A DNA stretch of 64,000 bases from Malacoraja senta (taxonomy: Eukaryota): positions 19,592,001 through 19,656,000 of the forward strand of contig CM075982.1 of NCBI GenBank assembly GCA_038087875.1. The letters are read 5' to 3'. This document shows, one piece after another, positions 34,948 to 46,900 of the stretch; position 1 is the stretch's first letter; each line of letters begins with the position of its first letter. Made by a program: the position numbers and the translations under genes. Under the pieces are notes generated by a model that was not told the origin of the DNA, made no database searches, and saw only the letters and a list, made by a program, of their open reading frames with translations.

Positions 34948-37900
34948 GTGAGAGAGGCGGTGGATGTGGTCGGGCGGGCGGGCGGAGATCCGGGATCGGA
35001 GGGAGTTTCGATGTGGGATGCAGAGGGATGATGGTTCCGGGGGGGGGGGGGGGGGCAGCGATCAGGATTGAAACTGGGGAGTGGAGGGGTGCGGGGAGCC
35101 AGGAGTGGAGACCAGGCGGGGGAGAGTGGAGGGGATGGGGACCCTGGGGGTGGGGGTGTTTTCTGAGGGTCGGCGTTAGGGGACGAGGTGGAATGGAGGG
35201 GGTCTGGAGTGAGTCAGGCGGGTTGAGTGGAGGAGACATGGGGTCCGGGTGAGGGCTGGGATGGAGTGGAGGGAGGTACACAAAAATGCTGGAGAAACTC
35301 AGCGGGTGCAGCAGCATCTATGGAGAGTCCGGTGAGTCAGGAGTGGGTAGGTCAGGCGTGTTAAACCGAGGAGGGGGAGGGGGGATGATTCCACTGACAG
35401 TGGTCTAGGTGTTATCCTCCCGGTACTGACACCCGCCGCATGGGTGAATCGCGGGCAGCGGAGCCGCTCCCCCGTGAGTGGTTTAAGGAACTCTACGGAG
35501 TAAATTTGGAAAACACTCTTGTTTCAATGCGCGGTTATCGTTCGAAGAAAAGATTAGTTAAATATATTGGACAGTTGGAAGGTTATTTCAAAATTTAGAA
35601 GAGCAGATTTAATAATTTATACTTGGTAGGATGTAATCGAATGCCATCAAAATCTGTTTTAACCTAGTTTGTCAGAATGATTAATAGTAAACTGCACGCC
35701 GAGTTTTGGGAATGTATTTACACTAGCTCTTTTGGGATAATTGAGCAGGTCTACAGGGACATCTCTAACCCACACTGTCCCAAGCTGCCCAAACCTATTG
35801 CCCCCGCCTGAGTACAAGCCAGTCTCTGACAGCAGGTGTCAATAGCAATAATAGCCTTTGATAGGCTACTGAGACCTTGTTTACTAAGCTGCGGTTAAAG
35901 GAATGCTGTTGAAGGAATACAACGATTATTGCATTTGTTGGTCTGGAAAGGGAAAACCAAAGTCTGTTTTATTTAATTGGCAAAACACTGTAAAGACTGG
36001 ATTAAGATTTCCCTTCCTAATGTGAATTTTGAAATACATGCCACCTCTGGTAATAGTGTAGAACACAAAGTGCTGGAGCAACTCAGAGGACATGGATCGG
36101 TGATGTGAATAGCTCTCTGGTACTAGCTCTTAGTCACCTCTGCTAATATCTGACTCATTTTGTTTGCCAGCACTCTTCTGTGGCATCACAGATGACTTGT
36201 CATACCAAAGGAGCTACATGATATAACTAAATTCTTGCTATTGAGAATTCCTGGGGATGGCGGGACTGACATATGATGAAAGAGTGGGTCGACTGGGCTT
36301 GTATTCACTGGAATTTAGGAGAGAGGGGATCTTATAGAAACATATACATTCTTAAGGGATTGGACAGGCTAGATGCAGGAAAAATGTTCCAGATGTTGTG
36401 GGATTCCAGAACCAGGAGTCACAGTTTAAGAATAAGGGGTAGGCCATTTAGGACTGAGATGAGGAAAAACTTTTTCACCCAGAGAGTTTTGAATCTGTGG
36501 AATTATCTGCCACAGAGGGAAGTGGAGGCCAATTCACTGGATGTTTCAAGAGAGAGTTAGACATAGCTCTCAGGGCTAGTGGAATCAAGGGATATGGGGA
36601 AAAAGCAGGAACAGGGTACTGATTTTGGATGATCAGCCATGATCATATTGATTGGTGGTGCTGGCTCAAAGGGCCTAATGGCCTACTCCTGCACCTATTT
36701 TCTATGTTTCTATGAAATGCCAAATGCTGCAATTTTATTTTGCATTGTACACATTAAATTTCTTAGCCTGCAATTAATTAAACGAAATAGTTAAGATGTT
36801 ATGGTAATCTGGAAATGTCTAAATGGTTTTGTGAAAGGTAACTTATGTTTGATTAATTTACTGCAGATTATCTGTTTTGTGGTAATGGGGAACTGGAGGA
36901 TTCCTGTATTTGATCTCCAGAAGGCATTTGATAGCTCCTTGTCAATCAGATGGCAGATGGAGATTATTGTTGATGGGTTGCCAGGCTAACTGTTGATGAT
37001 AAACACATTGCAAATGTAATGCTTGGGCCTTCGATTTTCGTAATTTATGCAAAATAACTTGGACAAAGGTATCGAAGACGGTTGCTAAATTTGCTGATGG
37101 CACGACTCAGTAGGGAAATAAGTTGCAGTGGACGTAAAGAGGCTACCAAAGAGAGAGAGAGAGGGTAAATGTGTGGGCAGCAATCTAGCAAATGGGTCCC
37201 CAAGTGGGAAGGTATGAAATTGCCCTTTTTGACATTTTAATTAAAAAAATGTTATCTAAATAGTGAGAGATTGCAGAGGGACTTGTCCCGGAATACGATT
37301 TGCAAAAACAAACAATGAGTTACTTGGTGCTTCTGAGTAATGTGGCAAGTAATTGGGAAATTTTAACAATAACGTTACTAAAGGAATAGAAGCTAGGTTA
37401 TACACCAGTTGTTTAAAGACATTAAAGAAACCATATATGGAGGATTATACAGACTGTACAGTAATGGTCACCTTATGTAAGGAAGGTTGTTAGTGGGTTG
37501 GAAGCACATCAGAGAAGTTTCTCAGACAAATGTCTGAAATTGGAAGGCAGTCTGATAAGGAAAGGTTGGACGGGCTAGGCTTGTATCAACTGAGAATAGC
37601 CACACAAAGTTGGAGTAGCTCGGGGTCAGGCGACATCTCTGGAGAAAAGGAATAGGTGACGTTTTGGGTCGAGGCCCCTCTTCAGACTGAGAGACTGGTG
37701 AAAGGGAAACGAGAGATATAGAAAGTAAATAGAATAAATGAATGAAAGATATGCAAAAGGCAATGATGATCAAGCGAAGGTGAACAATGGTCCATTGTTG
37801 GCTGTAGGGTAGGTGATAACGAGTTAAACAGACAGTGAAACTCAACAGGACAACAGTGAAACTAGCACGACGACAAGGGTGGAGGTTTAGAAGCGTGAAA

Positions 37901-40900
37901 AAGGAACAATTGAAACAGAAGTTCCTGACCGGTCATTTTGAGAATATTTATTTTTATGGGTAAATCTAAAGCGAGTGATCGCTGTTTTATAAAATAAATA
38001 AGGCATTGCCTGTTTAAAGCAGATGAGACAAGAAAAATCTCTTCTAGCTTTGAGTCTAGAAAGTTCTCTTCCTCAAAGGGAAGTGGAAGCAGAGTGTTCT
38101 AATATTTTTAAGGCCAAAGTGTACTTGGTAAGCAAGAGGGTGAGAGTCGAGGTTACAAGTAGAACCGCCATGATCTCAAACTGTCAGAGCAGGTCCATGG
38201 AACTGAAGAACCACTACAGTTTCAATTTTATTGTCAAGACTGCTCATATTTAATTCTGTAATGTGTATTGTCTGAGGGAACAATTCGTGTGGCAGACACA
38301 CATAAATGAAAGTGCAGGACAGCTGCAACAGGTTGGGGACATCTGTGGAAAAGCCCAGTCAACAAATTAGGACCAGAATGGGCCACTCTGGCCCTTGAGT
38401 CTGCTCTGTCCTTTAATAAGATCGTGGCCGTTCTAATACTATATTCAACTCTGCATTTCAGTCCTTTAATCCCTTGCTTACCAAGTATCCATTTACCTTA
38501 GCTTGAAAGAGCTTTGCTACCTCTGCTCTTTGGGGAAGATAGTTCCAAAGACTAACAGGAGGAATCAACTCATCTCTGTCTTAAAAGGGCCACCTGTTAT
38601 TTATAAACAGGGACCCCTATTTTTAGGTTTTTCCTGAAGGGGAAAATACCCTCCCCACATCCACCCGGTCAAAATCTCTTGCGTTATTGAGTCTGCAGCA
38701 TTAACTTCTTGGTTCATGTGATTCACTTACTCCCGTTGATCCATAAATCTTGTTGCCGTTTTCTTTCTCACTTTTACTTATGAAAACTTGCTGACATCAA
38801 GAGGTGTAAATGAGCTGTGGGTAGAAATATAGAAGTGCAAGGGTGAAATGCCTTCTGACAAGTTTTGGATGTCTTAAGGTGATGACGAACAGAGCTTGTG
38901 TTTGGAGTAAAGTTCATGAGGCACTGATCTCATCTCAGAGTGACTGACCAGGGATTGCACCAGGCTGTTCTGTTGTGCTGATGAAGCCAATGCATCTGGA
39001 TGAGTCATTCATTCACTCTAACCAGATTGAAGTTTTGCTTGAAGTTCTGCGGGACTTTGATCAGGCCCTTTGCAGTTGATCACAATGAGAAAGATTAAAA
39101 GTTCGCAGCTTTTGTGATAATAGCGAACTCCTGAAATTGTCAGTGATCGATGGACTGTAAATGGAATTTCCTACCAATACAGACTCAAAGTGCTGTAGTA
39201 ACTCAGCAGCTCAGACAGCATCTCTGGAGTCTCTACCAGTATGTTTTCATTTATCCTGGTGACAACTCATTGATCAGCCTTGGTTGTCCTCTGATAGGAA
39301 CTTGCCTCAGGCCTGTGGAAACTGAGTTCTGTTCTTTGCTTTCGGAAGGTATTGAAAATTAACCGTAAAGTGAATCCATTTTTTATTGGAGCTTGCAAAA
39401 GCTAAGAATCAAGCTCATTGGGGAAAAAAATTAAAATGATCAATACCTTTCTTTTGACCTGCATATATCTATCACTTTTTTTACCAGGCTAATGTAATGT
39501 GTCAACACCAGGCACTGCTCCCTAAATTAATCAGATCGTCCCATCCTGCCAATATTTAACTTCCTTGTGTTGCTATAAAATATTACTCAGTACTATATAC
39601 AATCTACTCCGGTGTGTACTCTGGAATGGTACGATGTGGATTTGGGATTTGACCTTTGGGTTTCCAAATCTGGCTGTGCTCTTAAATAGAGTTGTGAGGA
39701 AAGGAGCATGATCTCTGCCACGTATTGCGAGACAAAAGACTTGATCTGTCAGACTTGCAAATCAGACAGAAAGGAAACAAAAGTTTGTTTAAAAAAAATG
39801 CTCAAACAAATGTTTTTATTCCCTAATTCAAGTGCAGCACTTGAGCATTAAACACTCTCTAATTCAGCTAGGAGCTGTGACTAGAAAGTTCCTGTAATTT
39901 AAGATGCTAGTGGATCAATAGTGATTGTACAACAGCTTTTGTCTTGCAGACGCACTATGAATCACATAGAAATATTTGGTGAAACATAGCTGAAAGCTCT
40001 ACCAAGAAATCAAAGAACCGTTCATGGGATTTTGTACAATCTTGACATTAGTCTTCATCTTTTCTGTACCTGAAATTGCTCAGGTTAAGTCTGCATTGTA
40101 CAGGAATTCAATGATAGCTTGACTTAATGTGGGAATCCAGCCAACGAGTGTTGCCAAACAGATTCCCATGGGAGGTAAACCTTGCACAAATTGCTGGTGT
40201 TGTTGTCTTGCCCAATGATGACAACCATTTTTCAATGCCAATTTTTAATAAATGGAAAAAAAAAGTAAAAGGGCTTGGTAGCTATTCAACAGTCTTCAGG
40301 AAAAGCTAACCAACCATCGTGGTGCAGAAGGACAGTTCAGCTGCAGTAATCCTCCATCTGCCCTTGATTCGTTTAAGAAAGGACTGCAGATGCTGGAAAA
40401 ATCGAAGGTAGACAAAAATGCTGGAGAAACTCAGTGGGTGAGGCAACTCCATAGATGCTGCCTCACCCGCTGAGTTTCTCCAGCATTTTTGTCTGCCCTT
40501 GATTCAACAGTTTATCTTTCCCCTACAGACGTCGTCTTTCAGTTTGAGCTCTGTGCTAAAACATTTCTCCCAGTTCTGAATCTGTGTAAGAAATGTATTC
40601 TGACAGCCGGTCCTCATGCACTCTCATCATTCTCCAACCGGAAAGGCCTTTCCTCATTCATCCCATTATTGGACAGCATAGCACAGTGGTACTGCTGCTC
40701 CTCCAGACACTCAGGTTCGATCCTGACATCGGGTGCTGTCTGTGTGGGATGTATCTGCTTGGGTTTCTTCCGGGTGCTCAGCTTTCTCCCATGACCCAAA
40801 GAGGTGCGGGTTGGTGGGTGCATTGGCTGCTGTAAATTGCTCCAGTGCGAAGATGAGGATAGGATCTGCAGGGTATTTAGAATGTGGGGAGAACAAATAG

Positions 40901-43900
40901 AATAGTATTAGTGTGAATGGACTGTTGATTGTCAGTGCAAACATGCAGATGCAGGGCCTGCTTCCTGCTGTGACTCTCTGCCTCAATCTTTATGCATAAC
41001 AAATACCTGTAATAAATTCTCTCCTCAACTCCATTCCTCCACGGAAGCAGTCTCAGTAACCTGAATCTCTAAGATGTGTGATTTTTACATCTTTGTGGGA
41101 CTAAATTTTGTACCTCTATAACTTTTATACGATGTCTAAAGCTGCCAGCTCCGCCTCTGACTTTAGTGCTCTTATTTGTTAAAGCAACATTGTTATTTGC
41201 CTCTACTTGCTTTCAAACTGTGTTTGAACTCTTAAACGTTTTTTCCTCTGTGTTCTTCCATTGGCCATAATACTTTGGAGGCGAGACTGCAGATGCTGGA
41301 AACTGGAGCAAAATCAGTGCTGGAGGAACTCAACTGCTCAGGTAGCACCTGTGGAGGGAAATTGACACTTCTTTAGAAGGATTTCGACCCAAAATATTGT
41401 CCCTCAACAGATAATGACTTGATTTGCTGAGTTCCCCATGCAGATCATTGTTTAGCCCTGATACTTTGTTTTCTCATTGCATCCTTTCACTTCTCCATTA
41501 TACCGTTGGCTTTGACCCTTGTGATAAACTGCTGCCCAGTATCTCTAGCTCACCCACTGCTTCTCTGCATTTCCTCTTGAAATTTTATGGCAAGCCTTGT
41601 ACAGGGCACCATTGAAGACTACTCTTGTTATTGCATCTATCGTCTCCAAGAGATTAAACTTGTCAAATACAACTTGTTGTTAATGGACATTGATACTTGC
41701 CTTGTGCAGTTGCAAATGTTCACGACCTTGACTGAGAATTATGGAATTAAAGACGGTGAATAGTTGCATGTTTTATCTTGAAACAACTTTTGTGGCAAAA
41801 GTCTTTGATGTTTCAGCAGTGCAGTCAGTTCTTCCCCTGTTGCTTCTTATTCGAATGAAAATGTTCACACCATATGTATGGCTTTATAGGAGCTCTTGGT
41901 AAGGATCAGTTCCAGTATGTGTATTTGCTGCTGTTACCACCTGTACATGTCATTTCTGGTCAGAAGTAGGCGGATTGGTGAGTACCTCAGCAATTTTCCA
42001 GTGATTTTCCCACTGAGAATTTGAACCTACAAATTGCTGCAGGAAGAATTTCATCCATGGTGAGATGCCTAGGGGTTTCAATGATTCAATTGAATTATAC
42101 TTTATTGTCACATGTACCTGGGTGAGGTCTGTTGTACAATTTTACCGGGTTGTATTCAAAACAAAGCATTTCACTGTACCACGGTACAAGTGACAATAAA
42201 GTATAATTGAATCATTGAAATTGAGTTGGAATCCAGTTGTAGAAACAAAGATGGGCCATTTAAAAGATTCATTTTAAAGATATTTATTTTCTTTAGCATA
42301 AAATTGCACAAGTCTCATGTACAACTGCATAATGGGATAGGAGTTACTGCGTCTGGCACCGTTCTCACCGTGGGATGTTTGCCGCAGCATTGGAAATGCA
42401 GTCCCTCTTACTACAAGGTGCTGTGGGGAACGGCAAACATTTCTGGCAGGAAATAATTTTCATAGATTATTATTAAAAAAATGTGCTTTAAGGTTGGCGG
42501 TCTATGTAATTTTGCATTTATTAACTATCTTTCACACCTTTGAAGAATGAAGAAAGATAAAACGTAACAAAGTTTAATCTGTGGCTTTTTTAAACTTTAA
42601 TGTCACACCAGCTTTTACTGCCTTTCCAAATTGACTTTTAGACAGTGGTAATGAGCTGTTCGCTTGAATTAGAGCAGTTCTTCTGAAATAGCTAATCTTG
42701 TCTCCTCATAGTGATGGATACAGGTCTGGTACTGTCAGAGCAGTTTGGGTCAGTAACTGCAATGCATTTAGCATGTCTGATGTCTTTCAGGTGGTGAATG
42801 GGGAACCAGTCAAGTGGACTAGTATCCCTGATGCTGTTGAACTGAGTCCATATGCAAGAGTCGCCATTTTACGGTCCCAGCTGCAGCCGGCGTTCTCATT
42901 CTGGTCATCCCACGAACTGTCGTCCCTCTCCTTGCATGGCCCACTTCAGCCCTTGTTCCCCGGGGGACACCTCCCGCAGCCAAGCTTAAGGATGTGGAAG
43001 GAAAGACCCCCCCCCTCCCCCGGGTTTCTCTTACCGGCCCTTTGTCCAGCATCTCTCGCCATCCTCCCCTCCATGGCATCCCTCTCCAGGCGGTTCACCG
43101 GCGGGCGAGCCATTTTTGCCTCATCTGTGGAACGGAGCATCTTGGCTTGTGTTGGGACCAAGTCTTTGGTGAGGTGTGCACTGGGTGGTCCTGGAAAGTG
43201 ATGAACTAACCATTGGTCACACTATTGATGAAACCTTCTTCCACTGAGCCGTGAAGAGCTAGATTGGATTTAGCCTCCTCCTTCAGGATACGTAATAACC
43301 TAGGCAATTTTCCAATTGTCAGGTAAATGGTAGTCTTGTAACTGTAATGGGATAGCTTGTGTACAGGCATGACTAATTCTGGATAGCACATCGTCCCCGC
43401 TGGCTGGGATGTTGACTGCTTCCACAGCCTTTGCCTTGCTGCATTGCTCAATACCACGTGGAGTGAACCGAATCAAACCAAGGTTGGATTATCCATTCAG
43501 TACTTCTGGCTGAACATGGTTGCGATTTGTTTCAGCGTTTCCTTTGGCACTTCCATGGTGGGCTTTGCCAAGGTTAGGGATTTTCATTGAGCTTGCTCCT
43601 TCCTGTTGGTTGTTTCACCGTCACTACCTTTCACCACAGGTAGGGGAGGTTGGCAGAGGTTTGGTGCGATCTGTCGCTTGTAACGTCTTTTCACCATGTC
43701 TATTTCACAGATACGACAGTTGCACTAGGGTTGTGCAAGAGTTCTCTCTGCCCTGCCTTAATGAGATTACGCTGGTTGTGGTTATGACTCTGCTGGCTAC
43801 ACGTAGCAATCGTCAGATTTGAAAATTAGAAATTTCATACTGTCACAGCCCCAGACTTCTAAGGGCCAAGACACACAATTTTCCTTTGCTTCCTCACACT

Positions 43901-46900
43901 GGCCATCTGAGTGTCCTTGCTTTTCAGTGTAAGGTTGGCTAATCTCGCCACATTCATGCTATTGGAAGTATCAGCAAGCAGAGAGGCAATCTTCCCCGTT
44001 GGAACTGAGCTGGTTTCAAGGGGTTAAATTCAACTGACTGCTTTCAACCTGACGTTATACGTTTCAGGAAGCTTGAGGCATTTGCTTGTGCTTGTTGCTC
44101 TTTTGAATCTGAAATTGTATATGACGGGAAAAAGAAAACTCGGATAATTATCATTTGATTTCCCTCTTCTCCCTTCTGTGTACTCAAGCAGGGAGTAATA
44201 AATTGTATTATAAATTGCAGTAGGATAAAGCGCTGGAGCTGCTGATCCACAACATCACATGAATGCCGAGTTTGGAGCTATTAGCTCTGTCGCCAGCCTG
44301 TTTCACTTATCACGGTGGCAGAGCCACTCAATGCATTGCTGCATGTGCTGTCAGTAAATGGCTGGTAAGGGCTGCGAGATGGTCACTCTTCAAAATATTA
44401 CATACATCTGCTGTTAGAAACATGACCACTATTCTGTAAACAGCAGAGATTCAAGAAACATACTGTGATAATCACCCACGCTTAGACATTGCTTGAGGGA
44501 TTAATATATTGTCTAAGACTCTTATGGTGGCAAAAGATTCAATGGCAATTTAACCTCGTACAAAGCAGCACCCCTAACCGGGCTGCAATCCCTCAGGATT
44601 ACATAGCTAGTCCTAAATGCAATGCTAATTTTTCTTGGGAAGTTCTTGAGGGCATACCTTGCTGACAGTCATGCCACTGGATCAGGGATATCCAAAAGGT
44701 AAAACAGGCATTTTTACATGATATATACAGTTTCAGTTTTAGGTCAACTCTCAAGTGTTTGTGTGTGCTGTAATGCCTATTATTTTCATTATTTGATTCC
44801 CCAAATCACTGCTTTTGGCTGGAGGAGTGATTCTCTGTGGGGTCTGTCCACCTGTGAGAGAGAGAGAGAGAGAAAGAGCGTTCAGGATGAGCATGGTAAC
44901 ATTTTACCTGTGGTACATACAGCCCGTGTGCCTCATCTGCCCCCAGCTTGCCTGTTCTTGTCCCTCTGCAGTATTTGCCTTTGTCCGTCATGGTGTATGC
45001 TGCTTGACGTCCTAATACTGTTTTTGAATGATTTAATGATAAGTAGTTTCCATTGGAGCAATTGATTTGGAAGAGGTTCCAGGACTGTGAAACGTTTCAA
45101 CCTCGGACGGCTTTCACAGCAGCTCCACAGACTTAGTCTAGATTTTTGATTAGGCTGTTCAAATACAGAGCCTTTCTGAACAGCCAGAGGTTGACGAATG
45201 CTTTAAAAAGAGTGTTGAAGATTTTGTGGTCATTGGTAGGTAGGTAGGAGCATTGAACAAACAGTGCTGGGCAGGTACAGAACTTGCATTAAAAGCTGAG
45301 TGAGTGACAGAGTGGAGCTTTGCAGTTCCAGCAACTCGTGTTCAGTTCTGACCTCTGGTGTCGTCTGTGTGGAGATTGCACATTCTCCCTGTAACCATAT
45401 GAGTTTCCTCTGGGTGCTTCGGTTTCCTCTTTTGGGAAAATTGTGGGTTGGTGAAATAATTGGCCACTAAATTGAGCGGTAGAATCCTGAGGGATTGATG
45501 GGAATGGGGGAGAATAGACACATGGGATTCATGTAATTGGGTGTTTGATATGTGATTTGAAGCTTTGTTTCCATGTTGTGGTTAACCCTAATGCGTTATG
45601 TACCCAAATATTTTAATTCTTACAAAACTGCCATTTAACAAGCTGGCATTTATGCCAATACAGTTGTGACAAAGAATATCTGTATCTGGTTATTAATGGT
45701 TAAAATAAAATGTTTCATGTGAGAGACCGAAGCAATATTTCAAATCGGCTCTAGATAGTAGATTGAAGTGTGGGGTGGCGGGGATTTGGGTGTCGATGGA
45801 GATTTGGATGTTGGATTAAATGCAGTGAAAGTGAAACTAGAACTTGTTGCAGAACACAAATAGAGATGGATAATGAAGTGGGATGTATGGAGTTCTGGTT
45901 TCATACCGTAACAATCAAGCAGCACATTTTCCCAGGCTTTCCTCAGTCAAGTAACCCTTTAACAATCAGACCATATCTTTTTAATAAAATGTAGAAGCAA
46001 ATTTGGAGTAAACTATTTACTCTTAATTTCCCCCTACATTTTATTAAAAAGATGTTCTGATTGCTAAAGGGTTACTTGACGTTATGAAATGTTAACATTT
46101 TGTCTGTATTCTATTTTGCCAGCTAGTTCGTTTATCTAAATATCTTTACCAGGCTGATTGTAGTAATTTTTGAATGTGGTGTTATTGTACATTCTTTAAA
46201 TCTAGTTGCATAATGGGCCTGTCCCACTTAGGCGATTTTTCAGGAGACTGCCGGCGACTGTCAAGTTGCCGGCAGTCGCCTGAAAAACCGGCGACTGTCA
46301 GAGTGGAGCACACACAAACACATCGCTTCCTTCACCAGCCCGTTATGCAGGCGGGGGGCAGGGCAAGCGGGGGAGCGCTGTCTGAGTGAAATTCCCATGG
46401 TGCAAAGCCAAGGTGATACAGACACACACTGTGATGAACAGGAAGGTTGGCACTGTAATTAAAATGGCTAAAGCACAGTGTTTGGTAAGTCCTTTAAAAG
46501 AGGAGGGGGGGGGGAGAAGGAGGGAGAAGGAGTGGAGACAACTTTTAAAAAGCCAGAGATACACGGCTGTGAAGCTCGGTGGACATTTAACATTACCAGT
46601 CGGTTATCCTTGGTTCTGAAAACTACTGCTTACGTTTTTTTCCCCAATGAGCCAATGAAATTCACCGGTCAGCACCGGCTACAACCTACGAGAACCTACG
46701 AGAACCATCGACCTCCTGGCAACCCACTAGGACCTCCTGGCGACCCACCTATGCCACGAGAATTCTCGCATTCTCCACAGCGGCTTCATTCTAGTCGCGG
46801 CGACTATAATGAGGCTGTGACTAGTTTCCAGAATGCGGGAACTCCTCACGACCATGACGGCGACTCCCTGGCAACCACCCGCGAACATGAGGCGACTGCA

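Larger units (their letters stand above)
34200..35480 (+). promoter_or_regulatory. ZZEF1 CpG island/promoter with G-rich start of intron 1
   Basis: High CpG density, five CCGGAAG motifs, G17 run at 35039-35055. Confidence 0.75.

Noticed and set aside
33858-35317. Several overlapping long ORFs around ZZEF1 exon 1
   Set aside because: High GC content and the tandem repeat suppress stop codons; only the ZZEF1 frame has homology support
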